DNA of 64,000 nt from positions 96,001 through 160,000 of the forward strand of contig CAJWLU010000005.1 of NCBI GenBank assembly GCA_913043225.1. Reading direction: 5' to 3'. Position numbers and translations under genes: made by a program. This DNA is from an uncultured Acidobacteriota bacterium (GTDB taxonomy: Bacteria; Acidobacteriota; Vicinamibacteria; Vicinamibacterales; UBA8438). Below, piece by piece: positions 1-10,169 of the stretch. The notes beneath the pieces are model-generated. The model had not been told where the DNA came from. It did not search any database and worked only from the letters and a program-made list of their open reading frames with translations. How positions within the stretch are numbered: position 1 is the first letter of the stretch; each line of letters begins with the position of its first letter.

Positions 1-3
1 ACC

Positions 4-699
4 ATGGCGCTCATCACAGAGGAGCCGATCACGACCATCATCAACACGCACACCCACGGCGACCACGTGGGCGGCAACGCCGACTTCCCAGTCGCGGTCG
101 AGATTATCGCCCACGAGAACACGGCGGCCCGCATGGAGGAAACCGAGGCGATCACCGGGCAGGCCCACGCACAGGCCGACCGGACCTACGCCGATCGGCT
201 CACCCTGTTCGAGGGCCGCGACCAGATCGACCTGTACCACTTTGGAGCCGGACACACCGACGGCGATACCATCGTGGTGTTCCCTGCGCTCCGCACGATT
301 CACATGGGGGACTTGTTCGCATTTCTCGGGCCACCCTATATCGACGTGAACAACGGCGGCAGCGGGGTGGCTTACCCCGACACGCTCGAAGCGATCGTGG
401 CGGCCTTCGACGACGTCGAGCGGGTAATCCCTGGCCACATCCCGCCTCCGCCGGGCAGTCCCATCTACGGCAGCTCCGCCTGTCGGCCGAGTTGCAGCGG
501 GTGGTCGGGGTGGCAGGAAGTCGTGAACTACGCACAATTCAATCGCGACTTCTTGGACTCAGTACGGGCGTCACACACGGCTGGCCGGTCGGTCACCGAG
601 GCAATCGCCGCACTCGACCTCTGGAGCCGCTACCCAGCCTATGGACAGAACCGCGCAGACGCTAACGTAGAGGCAATTTACGACGAGTTGGATCGGTAA
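4..699 (+). CDS. MBL-fold metallo-hydrolase (probably 5'-truncated by the window edge)
   Basis: THTHGDH, GHTDGD, MGD and PGH metallo-beta-lactamase motifs. Confidence 0.85.
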   Translation: MALITEEPITTIINTHTHGDHVGGNADFPVAVEIIAHENTAARMEETEAITGQAHAQADRTYADRLTLFEGRDQIDLYHFGAGHTDGDTIVVFPALRTIHMGDLFAFLGPPYIDVNNGGSGVAYPDTLEAIVAAFDDVERVIPGHIPPPPGSPIYGSSACRPSCSGWSGWQEVVNYAQFNRDFLDSVRASHTAGRSVTEAIAALDLWSRYPAYGQNRADANVEAIYDELDR

Positions 700-701
700 T
701 T

Positions 702-2036
702 ATGCACACGCAACACGCAAGACGACGACGTAGCTGGATTCTCACACTGCTGGTCGTGGCAGGAGCGGCCACCCTCTCAGCCGAAGACTGGCCCGAGTTC
801 CGTGGCGAGGGACGGCTGGGCGTCTGGCGTGAGACCGGCATTCTCGAGCGCTTTCCCGAAGGCGGCCTCGAAGTCCGCTGGCGCACGCCGCTCCATCACG
901 GCTACTCGGGTCCGGCCGTCGCCGACGGACGGGTCTTCGTCATCGACTTCGAACGCGGCCGTGGCCTGGAGGGCATCGAGCGACTACTTGCGCTGGACGA
1001 AAATACCGGCGAGATCCTGTGGGAGACCAGCTGGGAAGCGAACTATGCGGGTGTGTCCTGGGATGAGGGTCCACGGGCCACGCCGACCGTCGACGGCGAC
1101 CGCGTCTACGCCGTGGGCGCCAGCGGCATCATGACCGCTGCCAGCGTCGACACTGGTGAGGTGCTGTGGCGCACGCGGTTTCAGGAGGACTGGGGTTCCG
1201 AGATTCCCCAATGGGGTTTCGCAGGCTCGCCGATCTTGGACGGCGAACGGGTGATCACCCAGGTGGGCGGGACGCCCGACGCGAAAGTTGTCGCCTTTCA
1301 CCGTGAGACCGGCGATGAAGTGTGGCGCGCCCTCTCATCGGTCGAAGCCGGGGCCGGAGTCGCCCAGCCCACCATCATTGACGCAGGCGGCGTTCGGCAG
1401 CTGATCATCTGGCACCCGCTGGCCGTATCCGCCCTCAACCCGGAAACCGGCGAGGTCTACTGGGAACAGCCATTCGAGGTGGACTACAACATGACGGTGG
1501 CCACCCCGGTGCACCGCGGGAGCGACCTCTTCGTCACGACCTTCTACAACGGACCCATGATGCTGGGCCTCAACAACGACCGGCCGGCCGCCGAGATGGT
1601 CTGGCGCGGCAGCAGTAACAGCGAGATCCTGACCGATGGCCTGCACGCCGTGATCGGCACCCCGATCATCGACGGCGACTACATCTACGGATTCGGCAGC
1701 TATGGACAGCTGCGTTGTCTCGTCGCTGCGACCGGTGAACGGGTCTGGGAAACACAGGACGCCACCAGCGAACGCGCCCGGTGGGCAAGCGCGTTCATGG
1801 TGCAGCACGAAGACCGGGTCTTCATTAACAACGACCGAGGCGACTTGATCATCGCGCGGTTGACGCCAGAGGGCTACGAGGAGCTCGACCGCACGCCGCT
1901 GATCGAGCCAACTTCACGTCCCGGCAATCGCCGGGAGCTTACCTACGTGAACTGGTCGCATCCGGCCTACGCCAACCGGCACATCATCGCGAGAAACGAC
2001 GAGGAGATCATCTCGGCCTCCCTCGCCGCCCCGTAG
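702..2036 (+). CDS. Secreted PQQ-binding-like beta-propeller protein
   Basis: Signal peptide, DWPEFRG start, repeated A-x-D-xx-TG-xx-W blades, WSHPAYAN end. Confidence 0.85.
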   Translation: MHTQHARRRRSWILTLLVVAGAATLSAEDWPEFRGEGRLGVWRETGILERFPEGGLEVRWRTPLHHGYSGPAVADGRVFVIDFERGRGLEGIERLLALDENTGEILWETSWEANYAGVSWDEGPRATPTVDGDRVYAVGASGIMTAASVDTGEVLWRTRFQEDWGSEIPQWGFAGSPILDGERVITQVGGTPDAKVVAFHRETGDEVWRALSSVEAGAGVAQPTIIDAGGVRQLIIWHPLAVSALNPETGEVYWEQPFEVDYNMTVATPVHRGSDLFVTTFYNGPMMLGLNNDRPAAEMVWRGSSNSEILTDGLHAVIGTPIIDGDYIYGFGSYGQLRCLVAATGERVWETQDATSERARWASAFMVQHEDRVFINNDRGDLIIARLTPEGYEELDRTPLIEPTSRPGNRRELTYVNWSHPAYANRHIIARNDEEIISASLAAP

Positions 2037-2048
2037 CGCACGGACTTA

Positions 2049-2462
2049 TCACTGTCTCTCGCCGGCACCCTCGATCGTGAACTGACCGCCCCCGAGCGAC
2101 ATCGACGCATCGACCGTGTCGTCGCCGGTCAGCGTGAGGGTCATCGCGATCTCCATCCGGCCGCGCCGACTCTCCCGTTCGAAGGCCAGCACCAGGTCGT
2201 CGCCACTCCGGGCAACCTCGGTCACATCGCTTGGCCCGCCGCGACCACCCTCTATGCGCGCCGCCACCATGCCGCCTTCGTCGCGCACCGTGACGGTCTG
2301 CGAGACATTCCCACCCCGGGGCCCATCCAGCGTGACGATCCAGGTGCCGATGAACTCCGTCGCCTCCGATGCCGCCAACTCCGACGTCTGACCGGCAGAC
2401 GTCGGTCCGGCCAGCAACATCATTCCGAACACCGCCGCAGCACCTAGCCTTCGCTTCACCAT
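2049..2462 (-). CDS. Small secreted hypothetical beta-rich protein
   Basis: ATG at 2462 with AGGAG RBS; signal peptide; GTW-x-V-x-L pattern. Confidence 0.65.
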   Translation of the reverse strand: MVKRRLGAAAVFGMMLLAGPTSAGQTSELAASEATEFIGTWIVTLDGPRGGNVSQTVTVRDEGGMVAARIEGGRGGPSDVTEVARSGDDLVLAFERESRRGRMEIAMTLTLTGDDTVDASMSLGGGQFTIEGAGERQ

Positions 2463-2578
2463 TCCCTGGCTCCTCGTGTCAGGATCCACGCGCCCTAATC
2501 GCTCTGTCCGCAAGGCGGCCCCACTTCGTCGACCGGTTACTGCCCCGGGTTATTCCAACGCAACGTGCCGGTCAAACT

Positions 2579-3886
2579 TCAGTCGATGATGGCTTGGTAG
2601 GTCATCGACGCCATGTCCGGGCGGACGTTCAGGTGCACGTAGGGCCGCAGCTGCTGGAGCACCATCCCGATCAGCTCCTCCTCCGGATCGATCCAGAAGA
2701 TCGTGCCGAACGCCCCGCTCCAGTAGTAGGTCCCTTCCGACCGAGGCGTCGCCGCCGGGCCGAGGTCCGTCACCACCGCATACCCCAGTCCGAAGCCGTA
2801 GCCTGGACCAGCCAGCCAAATCTCCTTATCGCCAGTGTGATTGGCGGTAACCATCTCGACCGTCTTCCGGCTCAGGATGCGGACACCGTCCAACTCGCCG
2901 CCGTTCAGCATCATCTGGCTGAAACGAAAGTAGTCCCGCGCCGTCGACACCAAGCCGCCTGCCCCACTGAAGTAGGTGTGCGGTTCCGCCACATAGCGGC
3001 TACCCGTCGACGGAGCCTCCGACAGCGCAATCTGACTGTCGTCACCCGGGCGATACAACGCCGCAAACCGGTCCAGCTTCGATTCGGGCAGGTAAAAGTG
3101 CGTATCGGTCATGTCGAGCGGTTCGAAGATGCGATCCTTGAAGAACTCATCGAGCGTCTGGCCAGACATCACCTCCACGAGGCGGCCGACGATATCGGTG
3201 GCGCGGCCATACTCCCAGTGCTCGCCCGGATGGAAATTCAGAGGGAGCTTCGCCAGTCGCTTCAGCATGTCGCCCACCGTGTCACCCGGGCGAGTCTCGG
3301 CCGACATCTCCATGAACTCTGGCTGGGTGATCCCACGGTAGCTGTTAGCCAACCCTGCGGTGTGGGTCAGGATCTGCTGCACCGTAATCGGGCCGTTGGC
3401 AGGCTCCGTGTCGAAGCGGCTTGTGATCCGGGCGCCCGGTGGCGCCGGCACCGCCACTCGCATGTCGGCGAACTCCGGCAACCACTTCGAGATAGGGTCG
3501 CGAAGCTGGAAGTGCCCGTCCTCGTACATCATCATCAGCGCCACCGAGGCGATCGGCTTGGTCATCGACGCAATCCTGAAGATGCTGTCGTGGGTCATGG
3601 GCGCGGCGCTCTCCACGTCACGTTGGCCCTGCGCCGAGAAGTGGATGACTTTGCCCTGGCGTGCGACCAGCGTGACTACGCCGGCGGTTTCGCCACGGTC
3701 GATGTAGGCCTGCATTACCTGATCGATCCGCTCTAGGCGTTCGGATGACATGCCGACGCTCTCGGCCTCGGCGGTCGGAACACCATCCATCTTCGGTAGA
3801 TCCGCCTCGGCGCCGGCCAACCCGGCGGTCACCGCCGCCGTCCCCACCAATACCAGGCCGAGCCACTTCGCTATCGAGGTCCTCAT
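2579..3886 (-). CDS. Serine hydrolase, beta-lactamase class C/esterase family
   Basis: FRIASMTK (SxxK), LTHTAG, WEYG, WSGAFGT motifs; RBS before MRTS start. Confidence 0.9.
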   Translation of the reverse strand: MRTSIAKWLGLVLVGTAAVTAGLAGAEADLPKMDGVPTAEAESVGMSSERLERIDQVMQAYIDRGETAGVVTLVARQGKVIHFSAQGQRDVESAAPMTHDSIFRIASMTKPIASVALMMMYEDGHFQLRDPISKWLPEFADMRVAVPAPPGARITSRFDTEPANGPITVQQILTHTAGLANSYRGITQPEFMEMSAETRPGDTVGDMLKRLAKLPLNFHPGEHWEYGRATDIVGRLVEVMSGQTLDEFFKDRIFEPLDMTDTHFYLPESKLDRFAALYRPGDDSQIALSEAPSTGSRYVAEPHTYFSGAGGLVSTARDYFRFSQMMLNGGELDGVRILSRKTVEMVTANHTGDKEIWLAGPGYGFGLGYAVVTDLGPAATPRSEGTYYWSGAFGTIFWIDPEEELIGMVLQQLRPYVHLNVRPDMASMTYQAIID

Positions 3887-3993
3887 CACACTCCTCCCGC
3901 GCACCCAGCGGCGCGCGTCGCTATTCCACGTGCCCGCGATTATACGGCGCAGCCCGTGGTTCGCACCGGCCACCCCAGGAGATAATCACGCCG

Positions 3994-4773
3994 ATGCAAC
4001 AACTGGTTGGAGCGCTTGTGAGCGCGGGCCTGGCCCTCGCGGTCCTGACCCCGTCAGCGGCGCAAGCGCCAGACGAGCTCGATGTCATGAGCTCGGGCGG
4101 ATTCACCGCCGCGTACCAGGACCTCTCCGGTGCCTTCACCGCCACGACCGGCATCGAGCTCCGCACTGTCTACGGCGCGTCGATGGGCGGCGCAGCCACC
4201 TCCATCCCCAGCCGACTTCAACGCGGTGAACGGGCGGATGTCGTGATTCTGGCCCGTGCGGGGCTAGACCGCCTCGTCTCCGAGGGGCACGTGGTGGCCG
4301 GGAGCGAGGTCGACTTGGCCTCCTCGCTCGTTGGGATGGCGGTGCGAGACGGCGCCGCCGTGCCAGACATCAGCTCGGTTGAGGCCTTCGTGGCGACCCT
4401 GCTCACGGCCAAGTCTGTGGCCTATTCTGCCAGCGCGAGCGGCACCTATCTCGCCACCGAACTCTTTCCGCGCCTGGGCATCGCCGAGGCGATGGCGCTC
4501 AAGAGCATCCGCGTGGTGGGCGAACGGGTTGGCGCCGTGGTCGCCCGCGGCGATGCCACGGTCGGGTTCCAGCAGGTCAGCGAACTGCTGCCGATCGACG
4601 GTATCACCTACGTTGGCCCGATCCCCGACGCGGTGCAGAAGATCACCACGTTCTCCGCCGGTTTGACGACCACCGCGAGACGCCCAGACGACGCGCGGCG
4701 ACTCATCCAATTCCTGGCCGCCCCCGAAGCGGCACCGCTCATCGCCAAAGCGGGCATGACCCAGGCTAGGTGA
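3994..4773 (+). CDS. ModA-like periplasmic substrate-binding protein / aconitate delta-isomerase-like
   Basis: SSGG, ASMG, SASASG, GFQQVSEL motifs; signal peptide; no adjacent permease. Confidence 0.75.
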   Translation: MQQLVGALVSAGLALAVLTPSAAQAPDELDVMSSGGFTAAYQDLSGAFTATTGIELRTVYGASMGGAATSIPSRLQRGERADVVILARAGLDRLVSEGHVVAGSEVDLASSLVGMAVRDGAAVPDISSVEAFVATLLTAKSVAYSASASGTYLATELFPRLGIAEAMALKSIRVVGERVGAVVARGDATVGFQQVSELLPIDGITYVGPIPDAVQKITTFSAGLTTTARRPDDARRLIQFLAAPEAAPLIAKAGMTQAR

Positions 4774-4849
4774 CGTTCCGTTCCCCTGAATAAAAGCAAA
4801 CCACCCGGCGGTCGCGTGCGTCTCACCTTGCAGAACACAAGGAGCACGC

Positions 4850-5053
4850 ATGAGACTCGACGCCTGCCTGGACGCCACCGACAACGCTGGCGAAACCGAA
4901 CTCCGCCGAGCAATGACCGTCGCACTCGCCCTGAAGGCCCCACACGGCCACGATGACTACAAGCGGTTCTACCGGCGAGTAATGGAACAGCTCGACGCCG
5001 AACGCCGGGATCCCCGGCATTCACTTAGCGCTTGGCTCACCCAAGCGGCGTGA
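4850..5053 (+). CDS. Small hypothetical protein (67 aa)
   Basis: AAGGAG RBS 5 nt before ATG; fills an intergenic gap. Confidence 0.55.
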   Translation: MRLDACLDATDNAGETELRRAMTVALALKAPHGHDDYKRFYRRVMEQLDAERRDPRHSLSAWLTQAA

Positions 5054-5166
5054 TCAGCGCCGCATGGTCGCGTCGAAACGCCTCAGCAACCCCCACACCA
5101 CAGCCACGTTAACCACGAGGCCGAGCACCGCAGTAGGACTCTAGGACTCGCCTGCCGAATCCCGCG

Positions 5167-7335
5167 CTACCTCGCTAGGGGATCAGGCCTGAACTGGAAG
5201 CGCACCACCTTGCTGGGTGTGCCTTTCCCGGTCTCGGCGTGAAACGGTGCCCGAGTGCTCCAGGTGGCGTAGAGACCGCGCCCCTTCCAGCCACCATCGG
5301 GGTCGTCAATCCGTCCGTCCAGCCACTTAGTGTAGAAGCCGAGCGGATACGGCACCCGCATGACAACCCATTCGCCGTCCCGGAGCGCCAGCAGGCCCTC
5401 CGAAGCATTTCCGGTGCTGATGGGAACGTCGCGGCCGAGACCGAAGGTGTCGAACTGGTCCACCCAGGCATAGTAGGAGCCCTCGGCGCTGCCCGATCCC
5501 TCGACCCCCTTCATCTGCGGCAGCGGCTCCTCATAGAAGGTCCAGCCCTCCGGGCAGTGACGACCGGTGGCTTCCGGTCCGCTCAAAGGCCCGCGGCACC
5601 GACTGCGGTCGAAGCTTGCCAGGTGGCCGCTCGCGAGCGGGGTCCAGACGACGCCATTTCTATCGATGTCCATGCCGCGCGGCGAGTACACGTTCGGCTC
5701 GCTCGCGTCCTGATCCTCGAACGGCACCTCGAAGATCTCGGTCAACCCGGTCTCCGACGGGTTCTCACCCGGCACGAACCGCAGCAAGGCGCCCGGCATC
5801 CCGAGCGACGACCCCCACACGCTTCCATCGTTGGGATCAACCGACACCCCGTAGAACCCGGACCGGATCCGAGCATCCTTGCTTGAATCGACCGGCTCGC
5901 CCGGCTCGGTCCATTCGTCCCGGCGGCCGTTGCCGTTCGTGTCCAGCACCAGTGGGCTCCAACCCTGCGACGCCATCTCATCGCCGGTTTCGAGGAACTG
6001 ATTGGTATTGAGCCACCCAATCACCTGACCGCCGCCACTGGTCCACAGGGTGTTGTCTTCATCCTCGGCAAAGATGAGGTGATGGGTTGAGTAGCAGGTG
6101 CCGATCAACATGATCTCGCCGTCGGCCGGGTCGTACACCGCTAGGTGGCGCCCCGCCCGGGCATTCGGAAACGCCCGCGCCGATGGATGCTCTGATCCTT
6201 CCAGGCACTCCGGCGGATTGTCCGGTCCTCGCACCCGGGAAGTCAGCCACACCCGACCGTCCTGGTCGAGCATCGGATTGTGGATGTTCGTCTGGCTGTT
6301 CCAGATGGCCTCATCGCCCCAGTAGGGTGACGGCGCCAGCGGTGGACCGGCCGCGAGCGGAGTGTCTAGATCGCGCACCGGCACAGGAATCTCTCGGATC
6401 GCATTGGCCACCGGGTCGAGCACCGGCACGTAGTCGGCGCTGGCCTCGAGTGCTCCATAAATCGGCCCGTTGGCGTTCACCGTGGGATCGCGCTTGTCAG
6501 TCGACACCTCGTCGTGGAGATACGCCTTCGGGTCGGCCCAGTCCCACTGGGTGATCACCACATTGCGCTCGAGCCCCTGTGGACGTGCAGGCGCCTCCGA
6601 CGGCAGCTCGCCCGCCATGATGCGGCCCGTCCAATCGGCGTACATCTGGAGCGCACGCTGCCGGCCTAAACGTTCGAGACCACCCACCATGCTGCCACCC
6701 GCCTGCCCCGACTGGATTCGCCGGTCCCACGCCTCCACCAGCGAATCGAACTCGCCAAGCTCGGGCGGAATCTCGCGGGTCGCCTTGTTCCCGAGCGCAT
6801 GGCATGCCGTACAGCCCCCCGACTTCACACCGCGGAGCCAGGCGGCCTGACTGGTCACATTCGGAGAAATGCCGTTGCCATCCTGCCCGGTGCCAGGGAA
6901 CTCTTCATCCCCGGGTGCCTCGAGCAGCGCATACCAATACCCGGCGGGGTAGTACTGGGCGGCGGCACTCGCATCGGGCGCCACCACGGCCCGGTGGTCC
7001 AGCCGCTCGCCCGGCGAGGCCTGCAGCCTGTTGGAATCGACCAAGCCGTACCCTCGCACCCAGACCTCGTAGGTGGCCTCGGGCAGATCGGGAATCAGAT
7101 AGCGGCCCTGGTCGTCGGTCACGACCGTCCGGTTGAAGCGGGTAGGTAGCCCGGTGGTCTCCGCAATCACCCACACCCCGGCCTCTGGCCCGTTCGGTCC
7201 GGTGACCACACCCCCGATGTCATCGTCATCGATGGCCACCGCCGGCTGGGCGATCACCGATTTCCCGCAAGACGCCGTGCCCACGAGCGCGAATAGACCG
7301 GCCACCGCGACGACTGCGTATCTCGCCCTCATCAT
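5167..7335 (-). CDS. Secreted carboxypeptidase-regulatory-like domain protein with one c-heme motif and a beta-propeller
   Basis: GPEAGVWVIAET...TDDQGRY..PDLP prealbumin-like domain; CTACH; possible lipobox TASC. Confidence 0.75.
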   Translation of the reverse strand: MMRARYAVVAVAGLFALVGTASCGKSVIAQPAVAIDDDDIGGVVTGPNGPEAGVWVIAETTGLPTRFNRTVVTDDQGRYLIPDLPEATYEVWVRGYGLVDSNRLQASPGERLDHRAVVAPDASAAAQYYPAGYWYALLEAPGDEEFPGTGQDGNGISPNVTSQAAWLRGVKSGGCTACHALGNKATREIPPELGEFDSLVEAWDRRIQSGQAGGSMVGGLERLGRQRALQMYADWTGRIMAGELPSEAPARPQGLERNVVITQWDWADPKAYLHDEVSTDKRDPTVNANGPIYGALEASADYVPVLDPVANAIREIPVPVRDLDTPLAAGPPLAPSPYWGDEAIWNSQTNIHNPMLDQDGRVWLTSRVRGPDNPPECLEGSEHPSARAFPNARAGRHLAVYDPADGEIMLIGTCYSTHHLIFAEDEDNTLWTSGGGQVIGWLNTNQFLETGDEMASQGWSPLVLDTNGNGRRDEWTEPGEPVDSSKDARIRSGFYGVSVDPNDGSVWGSSLGMPGALLRFVPGENPSETGLTEIFEVPFEDQDASEPNVYSPRGMDIDRNGVVWTPLASGHLASFDRSRCRGPLSGPEATGRHCPEGWTFYEEPLPQMKGVEGSGSAEGSYYAWVDQFDTFGLGRDVPISTGNASEGLLALRDGEWVVMRVPYPLGFYTKWLDGRIDDPDGGWKGRGLYATWSTRAPFHAETGKGTPSKVVRFQFRPDPLAR

Positions 7336-7385
7336 TCCTCTCCCGTCTCCCGCCGCCGGCAACCTCAGTTTGCTGCGGACGCTGC

Positions 7386-9353
7386 CTACGGCAATGCCAG
7401 CGCCACCCACTCACTCTCCATCCCGGTCCAGCCAACCGTGACGACGATGTACTGTTTCCCGCCAGCCATGTAGGTAATGGGCGCGGCGCTGGTACCTCCC
7501 GGCAACGCGATGTCGGCAACGGTCTCGCCCGTTGCCTTGTCATAGGCGCGAAGCACTTTCCCGCCCACGAACTCAGGCAGCACCACCATGCCACGATCGA
7601 CGCCCTCTCCCAGGAAAACGAGCGTCCGGGTGATCAACGGCGACACCCGTCCAGCCTGTCCCAGCGGCGGCAGATCAAGCCCAGCCAGCGCGGGATGATC
7701 CTTGGGACCTTCCCCATTTGGGACACTCCAACGAATCTCTCCGGCATTCAGATCGATCGCCACCAGGCTACCCCAGGGTGGCTTCAGAAGCGGCAGGCCC
7801 TGCGGTCCCTCGGCGACGTTCAGCGACTCCATAACGAAGTCGACATCAGAGCGTGGGTGCTCGGAGCGGACCAGCCCGACGACGGCCGGGTTGCGCACAG
7901 TCGGGACATACAACCACCCAGTGTCTGGGTCGATGCCAGCGCCACTCCAATCCGCCCCGCCGACCAGTCCCGGCGCCTGGATCGTCCCCAACGTACCGCC
8001 AGGGCTCTCGTCGATGATGGTGGGTGGCGTGAACAACGGGCCGGACACGTAGCGCGAGAAGATCTCGCGTGCCTCCCGGTTCAGCTCCGGTGTCACGTCG
8101 TTCAGGTCGTCGATCGTGACACCCTGGTGCTCGAACGGCGGCGGCTTGGTAGGAAACGGTTGGGTCGGCGCGTACCACTCCCCCGGGACGTCGCCCGCCT
8201 GTACCGGCCGTTCCTCGATTGGCCAGACCGGTTCGCCGGAAGCGCGGTCGAACACGTAGGTGAATCCCTGCTTACTGACGATTGCGACCGCCTTAATCTC
8301 CCGCCCGTCAACGGTGATATCAACGAGGTTCGGAGCAGCCGGAAAGTCGTAGTCCCACAATCCGTGGTGCACCGCCTGGAAATGCCACACCAGCTCGCCG
8401 GTACGGGCGTCGAGACAGACCAGGCTCTCGGCGAACAGGTTGTCACCCGGCCGATGCCCGCCGTAGTAGTCGTTGGTCGGGGTCGACAGTGGCAGGTAGA
8501 CGAGCCCGAGTTCCTCGTCACCGCTGGGCCAGGCCCACATGTTGGTGTTTCCTGTGTATTCCCAGGACGGCCGGTCTTCATTCGGCGCGATCAGCCACGT
8601 CTCGTTGCCAACCTCCCCATCCTGCGGCACCGTGTGGAAGATCCACAGCTGCTCACCGGTCCGGACGTCGAACCCGCGGACGTCACCTGGCGCCGCCTCC
8701 TTACGCGCTGGCTGGGTCCGGTTCACGTAGTCGGTGTTGGCCGACCCGATGACGACCACATCGCTGACCACCAACGGCGCCGACCGCCAGACGAAGCGCT
8801 CGACCGGACGGATGTCGTAACCGAGCGTGAGATCGACCGCACCGTCGACGCCAAACTCTGAATAGCGTGCGCCCGTGACCGCATTGAGCGCCACTAGCTC
8901 AGCCCCAACGACGGCCACGACCCTGGCGTCGTCGCTCTCGGAATCCTCCCAGTAGGCAACGCCACGACTGGCGCTGCCCACCCGATCGAGCCCGTCCGGC
9001 AACGGGTCGAACCAGACCACCTCGCCGGTGACCGCATCGAGCGCTGCCACCGTGCCGAGCGCCGTGCTCACGAACACACGGCCGTCGGCCATCAGCGGCG
9101 TGTTCTGGACCACGGCGGGCGGCCGCACCGTGCTGTTCCCACGCACGGCGGCGGGAATGGTCGACTGACGCCACACGATCTCGAGTTGGCCGACATTCGC
9201 TGCGGTAATCTGATCGAGCCTCGAGTACTTCGTGCCTGCCAAATCTGAGCCATAGGCGTGCCACTCGCCGGTCTGCCCGGACGCCACGCTGGCGACGCCG
9301 ACCAGAAGCCCGGCCGCAACGATCCGGAACACTCCAAACCCGTTACTCGACAT
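7386..9353 (-). CDS. PQQ-dependent (quinoprotein) glucose/sugar dehydrogenase-like
   Basis: PGDVRGFD, GDNLFAES, HHGLWDYD, PTQPFP, GGADW, GKQYIV motifs. Confidence 0.88.
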   Translation of the reverse strand: MSSNGFGVFRIVAAGLLVGVASVASGQTGEWHAYGSDLAGTKYSRLDQITAANVGQLEIVWRQSTIPAAVRGNSTVRPPAVVQNTPLMADGRVFVSTALGTVAALDAVTGEVVWFDPLPDGLDRVGSASRGVAYWEDSESDDARVVAVVGAELVALNAVTGARYSEFGVDGAVDLTLGYDIRPVERFVWRSAPLVVSDVVVIGSANTDYVNRTQPARKEAAPGDVRGFDVRTGEQLWIFHTVPQDGEVGNETWLIAPNEDRPSWEYTGNTNMWAWPSGDEELGLVYLPLSTPTNDYYGGHRPGDNLFAESLVCLDARTGELVWHFQAVHHGLWDYDFPAAPNLVDITVDGREIKAVAIVSKQGFTYVFDRASGEPVWPIEERPVQAGDVPGEWYAPTQPFPTKPPPFEHQGVTIDDLNDVTPELNREAREIFSRYVSGPLFTPPTIIDESPGGTLGTIQAPGLVGGADWSGAGIDPDTGWLYVPTVRNPAVVGLVRSEHPRSDVDFVMESLNVAEGPQGLPLLKPPWGSLVAIDLNAGEIRWSVPNGEGPKDHPALAGLDLPPLGQAGRVSPLITRTLVFLGEGVDRGMVVLPEFVGGKVLRAYDKATGETVADIALPGGTSAAPITYMAGGKQYIVVTVGWTGMESEWVALALP

Positions 9354-9481
9354 TCCGCCCTCCTGTGCCCGCAGTCTACCGTCGGCCGACGGCCCTTGTC
9401 TCCTTGAAGCCGTCGACCTTGACCGCTCGGGACTGTGAATTGACGTTTGGGTACAGGGCCAATAGGACGTTACGCTTGAGC

Positions 9482-10147
9482 ATGGTGGTCAGGTTCGTTC
9501 CACTTCTCGCCTTTGCCCTTGTTAGCTGCCAGCAGCTGACCTGGGAGCAGTACATGGAGGCTGCGGCGTTCGCCTACCAGGACCAGGCGTTCACCGAGGC
9601 CGAAGAGATGTATCTAGCCGCGGAGGCGCACGCGCACGCGTTCCCGCCCGACGACCCGCGGCTGGCTTTCACACTTGGGAATCTGGCCGACTTCTATCAC
9701 TCGCAGGCCCGCGACGAAGAAGCCGAACCGTTATTCCGCGAGGCGCTGAACCGTCTCCAGCGAGTGGACGGTCCCGACTCGCCACGGGTGGCCCGCTTCG
9801 TCGCAGATCTGGCCATCTTCTACACGGCCATCGACAGGCCCGAGGATGCCGAACCGCTCTACCTGAGGGCGCTCGACACCCTGGAATGGGATCTGGGCCC
9901 GTACCACCGAGATGTCATCGTACTCCGCACGGCCCTGGCTGGCTTCTATCAAACCGAACGGCGCTACGCCGAGGCCGACCCGTTATACCGGGAAGTCCTG
10001 GCCATTCTGCGATCGTCCGACGACGCCGATCCCGACCAGTTCCTGACCGTCCTCGACGAGTACGCGGCGCTGCTGCGCGCGGCGGGCCGGGAGACCGAAG
10101 CGGCGCCCTTCGCCACCGAGGCACAGGCCATCCGTGATGCCCTCTGA
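9482..10147 (+). CDS. Tetratricopeptide-repeat lipoprotein (TPR_12-like)
   Basis: LVSC lipobox; repeated EAEPLY/F..AL helices. Confidence 0.75.
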   Translation: MVVRFVPLLAFALVSCQQLTWEQYMEAAAFAYQDQAFTEAEEMYLAAEAHAHAFPPDDPRLAFTLGNLADFYHSQARDEEAEPLFREALNRLQRVDGPDSPRVARFVADLAIFYTAIDRPEDAEPLYLRALDTLEWDLGPYHRDVIVLRTALAGFYQTERRYAEADPLYREVLAILRSSDDADPDQFLTVLDEYAALLRAAGRETEAAPFATEAQAIRDAL

Positions 10148-10169
10148 TGAACCAGGAGACGCGCACCCC

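Noticed and set aside
2369..3736. Long antisense ORFs (also 7695-8861, 17594-18514, 38320-39564)
   Set aside because: Shadows of well-supported opposite-strand genes, expected at high GC
5050..5140. Minus-strand hydrophobic frame (VLGLVVNVAVVWGLLRR)
   Set aside because: No credible start; too short to call a remnant
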